Assembly: GCF_026210795.1 (NCBI RefSeq)
Contig: NC_089430.1
Coordinates: forward strand, 4,526,001 to 4,590,000
Origin: Rhizophagus irregularis
Taxonomy: Eukaryota
DNA length: 64,000 nt
Direction: 5' to 3'
Below are positions 26,311 through 38,333 of this stretch, piece by piece (the stretch's first letter is position 1; each line of letters begins with the position of its first letter). The notes below the pieces were generated by a model. That model made no database searches, was not told the origin of the DNA, and was given only the letters and a program-made list of their open reading frames with translations. A program made the translations under genes and the position numbers.

Positions 26311-27172
26311 TAGTGCTCCTACCGGGTCGGATTCGGTCGGGTTTGGAGAATATATCTGACTCGACCCGGCAAAAATAGAAATGATCCAATTTTAACCCGA
26401 CCCGAGTATATTTAATTCGAATAACCCGGGTTAGACCCGAAATTTTCATTGGATAATATACTGTATGCTTAGTAATATATCAAAAATATTTTTTCAAATA
26501 TAATTTTTTCAATAACGCAAGGTAATTGATCTAAAAGATGATCATATAGGTCACACAACTTTTTGTTATTAAAACTAAAGCTAAGCACGAATTTAAAGAT
26601 ATATTCAATTTCCTGTTTATTTATTGCTTTATATTTGAACTATAAAATCGAAATTATATCACTTGCTTTAACAGAAATTTGACTATACTTTATATCTGCC
26701 AGGACTTTAAACACATGCATGCTCTAATTCTATCTGCTTTAAGACTACATCTTTTTGCAGCTATCAAATCGGTTCCACTGGAAACTATTGGAATGCTGGT
26801 TGCTTTATTAATCATCAAAATCAACTTATTAGTTAATGTAATGTTAATAATTAAAATAATAATTCATACACATACCCAAAATTGCGAGGTGTCTCTAGCA
26901 ATTTTCGCTAAGTGAGGATATACTACCTCATACATTTATCTAACAAAATTATATAACGTAATCAATATTAATGCGTAATCGATATGTGATCAGTGATTTT
27001 AATGATCATCTGGGTCTAATTCAGGTCAAAACTCGAGTCAAGGAAATGAATGACCCGACCTGACGGGTCGGGTCATGCGGGTCACGGGTTATTAAAATTG
27101 TTAGTACTGATCCGATTTAAAATTTACTCGGATTGAATTATCCGGGTTAGACCCGAATTTTGCGGAGCACTA
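26311..27172 (-). mobile_element. hAT deletion derivative, 862 bp, 8-bp TSD TGTATTAT, retaining the transposase C-terminus
   Basis: TGTATTAT|TAGTGCTCC...GGAGCACTA|TGTATTAT with subterminal ACCCG repeats. Minus strand ~26920-26690 reads YPHLAKIARD..., then TSIPIVSSGTDLIAAKRCSLKADRIRACMCLKSWQI*, resembling the hAT C-terminal dimerisation domain. Confidence 0.93.
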
Positions 27173-28766
27173 TGTATTATGAAATATTCTTTTTATAAAT
27201 TACAATTTTTGTGAAGAAATTTCTTAATAAATTATCTAATTCTTGTTCAAGCGCTTCATAACAACAAATTGGATAACGAAAACAGTGTTAATTTTTCACC
27301 GAGAATATTATAACATAAAACTTCACACTAAATTATTGAGCAGTCACTTACGATGATGTCCGAGGTTAAACATCTTTGAATACCGACTGTATATAAAAAA
27401 AATCTTGCTGAGAAATATTGTAATCATTTGATACATTCTATCTGTAAAAAATTTTTCTTCCATTTAACCCCAACGCTGAATATAATTGTTTCAAGTATAC
27501 CTGCTTTAGTCAAATACTCGATCTATTTCTAAAGAAATTTCAGAATTTCAAGAACAACATGGAAGAAAAAAAGAGTTGGTCTTAGTGTTGTTTAAGTAAC
27601 GTTCTAATTATTTGAGGGTACATAGGCTAACCCTCCGGAAAGGAGTAAATAAGAGGGAAGAGACGACAAGAGTTGGAAGAGTGAGAGAGAATTTTTTTTA
27701 AATTAAATAAAGAGGCCAGTTATAGAGTGAGAGTATAGATATTTCCCACGAGACTCACTCATGATGATCATGCGGCACACGAAAAGAGCACAACTAATAC
27801 ATTCAGATGATAGATGATACTTTTTTCGAATGATAAATTTTTATTAGAAAAGTAAAAATTCTATTGTTATTAAGTGTAATGTTTGTAAAATGAAATAAGC
27901 TTTTAATGTAAAAGTTAAAATCAACAAGAACATTTTCGGATATTCTAAATTTGGTTAATTAACCGTTATCATTAAAATATTTAGCAAATTACATATTTAG
28001 CTGTTGGAAGATTAATGCTGTTACCGTAATACTAGTTTGCAATCTGGGACGCATTATAGTCAAATTAGTTTTATTTAAAATAACATTAACCTTAGCGTCA
28101 GCTTCATGCTAAAAAAAATACACTCATAGTCATGACTAGAAATAAATACTATATCATGTGTTTTTTTCGTTAGTGATTTCGTCTTTCGTTTTGCTTGAGA
28201 TTGCAATCATTTTTTAAAAGTATTTAAAAATTCGAAGCTTAATTTGAAATAATTGACGTCAAACTTTAAAAATTTTATTTTTTTTAGCAAGTGTACTTCA
28301 AACTTTTGTCAGTTAAATTACTGAATACCAGAGAACCAAACTTTTTCATTCTAATAGTAGATAACCACCTTGATTTATCGAGGGGATGGTACCCAAATTT
28401 TGCTGCGTTACAAAGATGAATTAACTCATCACCTTAATAAAATATATTAGATTTATATCTTTATTCAAAAAAAAAAACAAAAATTTGACGGATTTTTTCA
28501 AAATTATTTGCTTTATATATATATATTTATATATATATAAAGTGTTAGAAAATAAGGTAAATTATTACAAAAGATAATAAAAAATAAAATATAATAATAA
28601 ACTTTATTATTAATAATCGAATGAAGTAATACATAAATATAATAATTTAAAAGTAAAACAATAATATGAGGTAAAGAATATATGAAAATAAGAAAATTAT
28701 TAAGTTACAAAACTTAGAGTTAACCAGAAGTTCTCGGCTTATTTTTATTGAATAATACTGAACGTA

Positions 28767-30767
28767 CTACAATACACCGAGATAGTCGCCAGTTTTATGG
28801 CAGATCTCACCATACTGGCATTTTTTACATAAATCACGTTTATGATGGTTGATCTCCGCCGCTTCCTCTAAATGTTCGTATTCCAATAGTCTGTTTCCAG
28901 ATTGCTTACAATCGTAGCAACTTTGCATGTAAAAATCAGTTCGATTCAGATACTCTGCCGGAATTTCATCTATGAATTTACGGAGTTTTATCCAAGTATA
29001 TGAACTTGACCAATCATTAAAGCAACGGTAGTAATTTTTACACGTCCACTTTCCAAACACTCTGTAATGGTTATTCCATACGAGATGGCAAATGATCTCG
29101 ACGGTTGGAATTTGAGGTTGAATTTCTACCAATTTTTCTACTGGTGGTGATGTTGGTTCTAACGGGGAACAGGGAGTAGGAGCTAAATTCGGACTATTAC
29201 TTCCTTCACTCTCATCTTCCTATTAAGATAATTTGTAATTAATGAGAATTTGTGAAAAATAAAATAATTAAAATTAATTTGACCTACATACATACCTGTG
29301 ACGTATACAAATGAAAGCTTGAGATCTGACACCTTTTCCCGCATTCTTTGCAATCCTTTCTAAAAAATTCGTACTGTTGTTCATTTTGTGGTTTTTTTAG
29401 GTACTCTTTGAGTAATTCCTGAGTGTATTCCTCACTTTTCCAATCATTTAAACATAGCCATTCCCGTTGACATTCCCGTTCAGTTTTGCATTTTTGATTA
29501 TGTTGACATAACCACTTGTTATTTCCTAGCCAACTATATTCACATTTCGCATCGTGTTTCTGTTGACATCTACAAATTTCATTCTCACATTGCCACTTAC
29601 TTTCATTTGGTAATAGATATTCACATTTCCAATCATTTTTGGATTTACATTTACACTCTTTGATTCTACATCGGAACGTACTCCATAGGCCTTCACACTT
29701 AGGTTTATGTTGACATTGCCATTTATGTCGAGATTGCCATTTGAATCGGCAATCGAAATCCGTTTTACATGATGGTTCATGCCGACATTTCCAAGACCGA
29801 CAAAGCCAATAACCATAAATTTGGTACTTATTGTTATCAATCAGATGACGAACGATTTTGGTAATCTATAATAGACAAGGAATTATATTACATTTAGAAA
29901 AAGTGAATAGATCATTTATTACTAATATATAAAATGAAATACTACAAACCGAGCACAATTCCTTATATTCGTTTGATTTTCACTTTAGAAGATGAAAACT
30001 TGAGATCTGACATTTATTATTGCATTTTAAACACTTCTTCCGGACAAGATCTCTTGCTCCTAAATATTCCCAATCACATGATTGACACGACCAAATGCCA
30101 CGCACTTTGTACTCTTCATTATGGAGTAGATTTTTTAGGTGAGGGATGATTCGGTAACCCTGCAATGAACAAATGTTAAAATTACATTTTAAAAACCTCA
30201 AAAAATTTCTTAATTTGACTAACAATCCTATAATTTATAAAATATTCCGTCTGTGGTTCGTAAGAAGATGTACGTAAGGAAATCTATTGAATAATAAAGT
30301 TATCAGTTACCTAAATTATTAATTAACCTTATTACATAACAAACGTGCTTATCGTACATTAAAGATCTCGGCCTGTTTATTGCAATTCAAACAATAGTAC
30401 GTATTTTTCTCTACTAGATCCCTAAATGAATCTGGAGAATAAGTATCTGAGCATCGACATAACCAACTGACAACCACATTATCATATTCATTTTTCTGGG
30501 TTACTAGGTTTTTTAAGCTTTCGTTAATCTAGTACGAGTGAGAAAAAAATATTTGAATTTTTTTTAAATATTTTTATTAAAATACGGTAAGTAAAAAAAA
30601 ATTTTTTGACCAACTTTTTGTTCATTTATAATATTTATAAAATATTCGTCTTTTTTTCCGCAAGAAAATTCTGCTAAATTATCAAGACGTTTTGGGTTAT
30701 CATAATTTGCAAAAAAAAAAAAAAAAAAATTCCATCCAATGCAAATATGATAAATTAAACATACCAT
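28767..30767 (-). CDS. Cys/Trp-rich protein with tandem 3CxxC/ZAR1-like zinc-binding modules; one in-frame TGA at 29980-29982
   Basis: Putative ATG micro-exon at 30767, then exons ~30528-30358, 30283-30224, 30160-29950, 29865-29297 and 29219-28767, all phase 0. The last module (VFGKWTC..C..WSS...MQSCYDC...HKRDLCKKC) fits the zf-3CxxC pattern. Confidence 0.7.
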
Positions 30768-31088
30768 TTTATTCTGTTATAAGTGTTGTTATTTTTTTTT
30801 TCATATAAAATGTAAACTGATCGTGAAGGAAATAAAAATCGCAAATATAAGGATAAAAAGTCACTTAAATATTTGAAAAAAAATATTAAAATTATTTAAA
30901 GTATGATCTACAAAGCCTTTAACCAAATGACCTGGTCATTTGATCATTTTATTTATGATACCATTTTTTATAATGGGTAAGATTGAATGTCATTTGACTG
31001 ATATTTGTCATTAATTTTAATTTCTGATGTTATTTTCATAAATTTTAAGTTAGTAGTTAAATGATAATCTCCAAAACGTTGAATAGCA

Positions 31089-31805
31089 AAAAGATGATCT
31101 TTGTGAGACGGGTAAAAGGTTAACTTTTTGCAATTTTAATTAAAATTTCTCCTATATTTACTTTTTATATTGATGTCTTATTAATAAGTTACTACTTATG
31201 GTAATTTCAATCGCGTGAAATAATAATATAACGTGATCTGGGTCTGGCTCATTTCCACTTACCCTAACCTTATCCTAACTCTAATCTTATCTAAATTCCT
31301 TACCTAGCAATCCTAATTTTCTTAACTCTAATCCTAAATTCCCTTGTCGGTGAGATGAAACATTTGTCTGTAAAATGATCCTGTCGGTGTAACGTCTGTC
31401 GGTGAGATAATTGTCGGTGAAATGATTATCGGTGAAATGAATGCGACTCATGATCTAAGAAATATATAATGAAATATTTTCGTTCATATGTTAATATTAT
31501 TGTAAGCTTTGATTTCATTGCGTAATACAGAGTTGTTTATAACCAAATGGAAAATACCAAATAACATTCATTTGTCATTTCGAGTAATTTATCACAACTC
31601 ACAACACTAGTTTAATTCGATTTTAACAAAAATCAGAAATATTTTTTGACAGTTCAAAAAGTGTATATTAAGTTTGTTTGTTAATGCATTTCAACATCAC
31701 TAACTGTTTATTCACACCTTTACAAGCCGTTTGATACAAGTTAAAGTGGACTTCGAATAGTGGTTTTCAATTTTCTTGTTCAAAAAGTTATTTTTTTTTG
31801 TTGGC
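31089..31805 (+). repeat. ~0.7-kb block duplicated at ~44068-44775; includes a ~210-bp MITE-like element (31240-31449)
   Basis: Both copies run from caaaa..gatgatctttgtgaga to ttttgttggct. The embedded element has TCGGTGAAATG-type repeats and flanking (G/A)TGATCT direct repeats. Confidence 0.85.
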
Positions 31806-34800
31806 TGCAACTCATAAAAGGGGCCAAGTAGAACGAGGCGTTGATGCTTGATGGGATGCGATAACACAGACTCGGGAAATACAGAGAAAGCTCGCCTTTC
31901 GTTAGGAGAGGCTCGTCTTATGGCCTTTGGATTTGGGAATTTTTCGTCGGTTTTTTTCCGGTTGGCGTAGCAAAAATGTTAGCACGCGAAGCGGAATACA
32001 AATTTGGAAATAAAAGATTTTTGAGGAACGAATGAGATGACAAGAAAATGAGGTGATTTGTTGTCACAACAAATTTTCGGTCCAGCATAAAATTTAGCCG
32101 CCATCACTCGCAGCAAGTCACGCGAAGAGGATAGGAATAGATTTGATTGGCATGTATTCTCAAGTCACGTGAATTCACGTTATAAAAATTTCGAGAAACA
32201 AAGTTAAATTCCTGGTTGTGGGTTGTAGGTTTAGTTTAGGTATTAGAGATATTGAGAGTTTGGGATAAAAATAGGATAGTTAAAGCTAGTCACGGGATGA
32301 TAAAGTAGGGGGTCGAGTTTAATTTCGCCGCCAAAATTCGTTATTCTACATGCCGCTCAAGGAGTAATGCATACGTAACAACTGCATAGTAGAGATTAAG
32401 CTCTTTAGGGATTCACCGCTAGATTCTCGTGAACGGTTTTAGTAGATTAGCAAGGAAAGGTTTTTGTAGAATTGATCGAGAAATGAAATGCGTTTATCAA
32501 GTATCTATCTGGGATAGTAAGTAGTTAGGATTCATACTCTCGCGCAAAAATTAAAAGAAACACAAAAAGATGGCATAACCGCGGGCATGTGATGAAATGC
32601 AGTTAGTTCGGATGAGTAGAACTAGGACAAGGGTTCATTAGTTGTTGGGTTATACTAAATACATAAAGAAATCTTTTCTAGAAAAAATTTTGGATTAGCT
32701 GATTTTTATTAAGTTTATCTCATTGTTTATAATACATTAATCTTTTTTTTTTACTTACTTTTTCGCGAATAAATGTTTTCAGGAAAATAAAGTTATTTAT
32801 TTATTGCTTAACAATTAATATCAATTACTTGAATGTTAAAGTGATAATATCCTGGAAAGAAAAAATCCCTAAAATTGATTTAAATTTTATTTTCATTGCG
32901 TGATGAATATTTTTTATAAAAATGTTAATCGAAGTGAAACGTCAATGGAATTCAGCGAAATGGACGATTCGGTGAAATGGATTCAATAAAATGCACTTTC
33001 GGCAAAATGTCCTTTTGGCGAAATGTCCCTTCGGTGAAACTTCCCTTCAGCGAAATTGCTTCGGCAAAATGTACCATTACCTGGAAATAAAATACTATCT
33101 ATATTATAAAGAGTAATTGTTAATTTTTTGTTTTTTAATGAGCGAAAAATTAGAAAGAATACGTTAAGCAAATTAATTACACTTGAGAATATTAAATATT
33201 TTATGTATTAATATATACATTTTACGTAATGTATTACCAATAAAAATATGCAATACACCTATTGTAAATACTTCATATAAAACTTCTTTATTTTTTACTA
33301 AAATTTCTAAAAAAGAACTAAACATATTTAACTTAATTAAAGTTAACTATACTGAATACTGTAGAATGGGAATTTTTATTGAACAAACTAGAAGTGAGAA
33401 TAATAAACAAAAAGAATCAAAGCAGGGAATAAAAATAATTATGAAGCCATGAAATACTATGAATGATAATGAATTTTAATGATAGAAAATTTACATAAAT
33501 TATAAATTTTTTTTATGACGTAAATAAAATATAATATTGTATATTGTTTTTAAACATGATATTTTATCAAAAGATTTTATATATATTTTTGTATTGTTCA
33601 AATTATTTATTTAATTAAACAAATACTACCAAAAAAGTATTATCTATGAAAATATTTACTTTTAAAAGGCTATATTTGGCAATGGACATTTAATAAAATG
33701 AATTTTATTATTTAACCGAGTTCATTGGTTAGTACGACCATATATCAAATATCAAATAAAGTTAAGCAATATTTCACTTTTCGCAGGTTTTACAACAAAA
33801 TAATATAATAATCCTAATAAATTCTTTATTGGCCTTTACCAACTTTATTCATGCATTTTATTATAAATAACTATGCATTAGAGATCACAATACAATAATT
33901 AAGCTAAATTAACTATAATTTATTACTATTACCCTTAAAGCTTTAAATATTTTTTTTAATAAAATTATGCCGAGTTAATTTAGCCGCAAAAGGTTCAAAT
34001 CTAGTTGGTATATTAATGTTCTTTCCTATGGCAAGCCGAGTTGGACAAAATTATCAGACATTGCGCGATAAAATATCAAGCATGGCTAGACAAAATGTCA
34101 CTCCGTGTCTGACATTTTACCTGTTTATGCTTGATTTTCATCTGTCCCGTGCTTGATATTTATCTGTATGTGCTTGATATTTTTATCTGTTCATGCTTGA
34201 TGTTTATCTATCACGTGCTTGATATTTTTATCTGTTCATGCTTGATATTTATCTGTACGTGCTTGATGGTTTTATCTGTACGTGCTTGATGGTTTTATCC
34301 GACCATGCTTGACATTTTTATCCATCCATGCTTTATGTTTTTATCCATCTGTGCTTGATATTTTTGTCCGTCTGTGCTTGATGTTTTTGTCCAACTGTGT
34401 TTGATTTAATCCAACTATGCTCGATAATTTTATCTTTGTCAAAAATTAGTTTCTTTGTCAGCACAGGGTTGATATATTGTTGGTCACATGTTTTAAGTTT
34501 AGCGTAGTTTTAAAAAATTTTTTTTTTTTTATTGGCTTTTTTTTATAAACAAATTTTGTAGAGAATTTTATTTTTAATATAGGCAAAGGCTTAGTTTGAT
34601 AGAATTTCTTTGGGAATTTTTTTAATAAGATTTTTTTGATAAAAAATTTCGTTAGAAAATTTTTTTTTTGATGATAATTTCGTTAAAAATTTTTATTTGA
34701 TAGAAATTTTATTGGAGAATTTTTTTTTGATAAGATTTTTTTTTGACATATACTTAACAATTTTTTGTGACAGGAGAAATTTTTTTTTTTTTGATAGAGA

Positions 34801-35546
34801 ATTAATTGAGAATTTCTTTTTTTTTTTGCAGAAAATTATTTGAAGAATTTTTTTAATAGGGAAGATTTTTTTTTGATAGATAATTTCGTTACTAGAAAAT
34901 TTTTTTAACAAGTGAGATTTTTTTTTGATAGAGAATTTCGTTAAGAATTTTTTTTTAATAGGAGGGAGTTTTCCTTGATAAAGAATTCTTTTGGGATTTT
35001 TTTTTAATAAGTGAAAGTATTTTTTGACGGAGAATTTTATTAGAGAATTTTTTTTTTTTTTTTTGATAGAAATTTCATCATAGAATTTTTTTTTTAATAG
35101 GTAAGATTTTTTTTTTTTTGATAGATCATTTCGTTAATAATTTTTTTAACAGGAGAGATTTTTTTTTTGATAGATCATTTCGTTAATAATTTTTTTAACA
35201 GGAGATTTTTTTTTTTGATAGAAAATTTCGGTAAAGAATTTTTTTTTTAATAGGGAAAATGTATTTTTTGATGTTAGAAATTTTTCTTAATCAGGGATAT
35301 TTTTTTTTGATTGAGAATTTCATTAGAGAATTGTTGGTTGAAAAGTTTTTTTATTTTTTTGATGGAGAATTTTGTTAGAAGTCTCAATATTGAAAATAGT
35401 TTTTTTTAATAAGGGTATCGAGAATTTTGGCTTGAAATTTTTTTTTTTTAATAAAGAATTTCATTAGAGATCTTTTTTTTTATAAAAAATTGATTGAGAA
35501 TTTATTGGAAAATTTTTATTAAATTTTACAATTTTAATAAATTTTT

Positions 35547-36310
35547 ACTCCTCTTCATCCTCCCATCACTTCTTTTAATCTTCCATCGCTCCTTTTCGTC
35601 TCCCATCACTCCTTTTTGTCTCCCATCGCTTCTTTTCATCTCCCATCACTCCTTTGTCTCCTATCTCCTTTTCGTCTCCCATCGCACTCCCTTTGTCTCC
35701 TATCACTTAATCCTCATCGCTCCTTTTCGTCTCCCATCACTCTTTTCGTCTCCCTATCACTTCTCATCTCTTATCATCCTCGTCTCCCATCACTCCTCGG
35801 TCTCCCATCACTTCTCTTCGTCTCCCATCACTCCTTTCGTCTCCCATCACTCCTCTTAATCTTCCCATCACTTCTTTTCGTCACTCATCACTCCTCTTAA
35901 TCTTCTCATCACTTCTTTTCGTCTCCCATCACTCCTTTTTATCTCCCATCACTCCTCTTCGTCTTTCATCACTTCTTTTTGTCTCCCATCACTCTTTTTC
36001 GTCTCCCATCACTTCTCTTCGTCTTTCATCACTTTTTTTTGTCTCCCATCACTCTTTTTCGTCTCCCATCACTCCTCTTCATCACCCATCACTCCTCTTT
36101 GTCTCCCATTACTTCTTTTCGTCTCCCATCACTCCTCTTCGTCTTTCATCACTTCTTTTTGTCTCCCATCACTCCTCTTAATCTTCCCATCACTTCTTTT
36201 TTTTATCTCCCATCACTCCTCTTTGTCACCCATCACTTCTTTTCGTCTTCCATCACTCCTTTTCATCTCTCATCATGTCCTATTTCTCCTTTTGGTTCCT
36301 ATCACTTCTC
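35547..36310. repeat. 20-bp pyrimidine-rich minisatellite (GTCTCCCATCACTCCTCTTC-like) in the foldback spacer
   Basis: A 20-nt period is visible in lines 35881-36180; about 35-38 degenerate units. Confidence 0.93.
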
Positions 36311-38038
36311 ATTACTCTTTTTTACTCCCTTTCATCTTCTATTACTTTCCATTACTCCATTGTTATTTTATTTTTTTTTCCTTGATCATTGTAATTTACT
36401 TATCTTTTTTATTTATTGTTATTGTTTCTTTTATTTGTACATTTCAATAAAAATAAATATGGTGATTTTATTCTTTAAAATCGTAAATGTGACTTAAATT
36501 TTAATATTTGTAAATAAGATTTCATTAAATAAGATTATTTTGAATAAATATGTTTGCAAAAAAAATTTTAAAAAAAATATCTTTTTAATAATAACCGATC
36601 AAAAATTAGATACATATTTGAAAAAAAAAACCCAGGCGATGATCGCCCAGGCGACATTTAGCAATCCCAATTTTTATTTATATATATTAAAAGTATTTAA
36701 AATAGTAGATTTTCAAAAATGTTTTTATGCCAATTAATGATAAAAAGAAGAAACACTGCAAACAAATTTCTGCTATATACTTTTCTTAAAGTTAACATTT
36801 TTTAACTTTTTAATTTATGTCGGCTCATGCGGAGCTTTACTAGTATATAAAATTTGCTTAATTTACTATGCTACTTAGGATTCTATCATAGTTTTTTTTA
36901 ATTTTATCTTAATCTTATTAATGTAATTTAGTGTTTTTTTAATTTTATAAAAAAAGATCTTTAATGAAATTCTTTATTAAAAAAATAAATTTCAAGCCAA
37001 AATTCTCGATACCCTTATTAAAAAAAAAACTATTTTCAATATTGAGACTTCTAACAAAATTCTCCATCAAAAAAATAAAAAAACTTTTCAACCAACAATT
37101 CTCTAATGAAATTCTCAATCAAAAAAAAATATCCTTGATTAAGAAAAATTTCTAACATCAAAAAATACATTTTCCCTATTAAAAAAAAAATTCTTTACCG
37201 AAATTTTCTATCAAAAAAAAAATCTCCTGTTAAAAAAATTATTAACGAAATGATCTATCAAAAAAAAAAATCTCTCCTGTTAAAAAAATTATTAACGAAA
37301 TGATCTATCAAAAAAAAAAAAAAATCTTACCTATTAAAAAAAAATTCTATGATGAAATTTCTATCAAAAAAAAAAAAAAAAAAAAATTCTCTAATAAAAT
37401 TCTCCGTCAAAAAATACTTTCACTTATTAAAAAAAATTCCCAAAAGAATTCTTTATCAAGGAAAACTCCCTCCTATTAAAAAAAAATTCTTAACGAAATT
37501 CTCTATCAAAAAAAAATCTCACTTGTTAAAAAAATTTTCTAGTAACGAAATTATCTATCAAAAAAAAAATCTTCCCTATTAAAAAAATTCTTCAAATAAT
37601 TTTCTGCAAAAAAAAAAAGAAATTCTCAATTAATTCTCTATCAAAAAAAAAAAAATTTCTCCTGTCACAAAAAATTGTTAAGTATATGTCAAAAAAAAAA
37701 TCTTATCAAAAAAAAATTCTCCAATAAAATTTCTATCAAATAAAAATTTTTAACGAAATTATCATCAAAAAAAAAATTTTCTAACGAAATTTTTTATCAA
37801 AAAAATCTTATTAAAAAAAATTCCCAAAGAAATTCTATCAAACTAAGCCTTTGCCTATATTAAAAATAAAATTCTCTACAAAATTTGTTTATAAAAAAAA
37901 GCCAATAAAAAAAAAAAAATTTTTTTTAAAACTACGCTAAACTTAAAACATGTGACCAACAATATATCAACCCTGTGCTGACAAAGAAACTAATTTTTGA
38001 CAAAGATAAAATTATCGAGCATAGTTGGATTAAATCAA

Positions 38039-38333
38039 CCCTATAAAAAAAGAAAATTCGGAATTTGTCCTGAAAAGTATGGAAAATGTCCAGAAATTTT
38101 CCGTGCGTCCGGAAAACATTCGGAAACGGTCATGTTTTGGAACATTTTCCGGACGCTCGATTCTGGACAAATTCTGGACAAATTCTGTAGTGTCAAGAAA
38201 ATGTCTGGAATTTGTGCGTCCGGAAAGTGTTCCAAAACGTGACCGTTTCCGAATGTTTTCCAGACGCACGGAAAATTTCCAGACATTTTCCATACTTTTC
38301 AGGACAAATTCCGAATTTTCTTTTTTTATAGGG
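38039..38333. mobile_element. Palindromic MITE, 295 bp, CCC..GGG termini, 3-bp TSD CAA, nested in the right arm of the foldback element
   Basis: CAA|CCCTATAAAAAAAGAAAATTCGGAATTTGTCCTGAAAAG...TTTTTTATAGGG|CAA with TIRs over 100 bp. The left arm shows the empty site at ~34398-34408. Confidence 0.95.

Larger units (their letters stand above)
21067..27570 (-). pseudogene. Paralog (copy 4) of the 1141-3326 gene, split by a Helitron and a hAT MITE
   Basis: 21067-22210 matches exons 7 to 3. Exon-3 similarity resumes at 26281-26310 and from 27173 (tgtattatgaaata...ttcaagcgcttc). The upper boundary is approximate. Confidence 0.78.

Noticed and set aside
29526..29840. 104-aa ORF with a Rossmann-like IGFVGLGNVG motif
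   Set aside because: It is an off-frame reading of the Cys/Trp-rich exon; the other frame fits splice phases and the repeated module pattern.
31260..31340. Telomere-like CCCTAA variants
   Set aside because: Degenerate, internal to a small duplicated element and not a true (TTAGGG)n array.
35494..36497. Hydrophobic/Ser-rich ORFs in the foldback spacer
   Set aside because: Products of a 20-bp minisatellite whose period is not a multiple of three; no domain signal.
36677..36844. Possible mini-Helitron ending GCTCATGCGGAGC-TTTACTAG|T
   Set aside because: The hairpin is short and I could not identify a convincing 5' TC end or an empty site.
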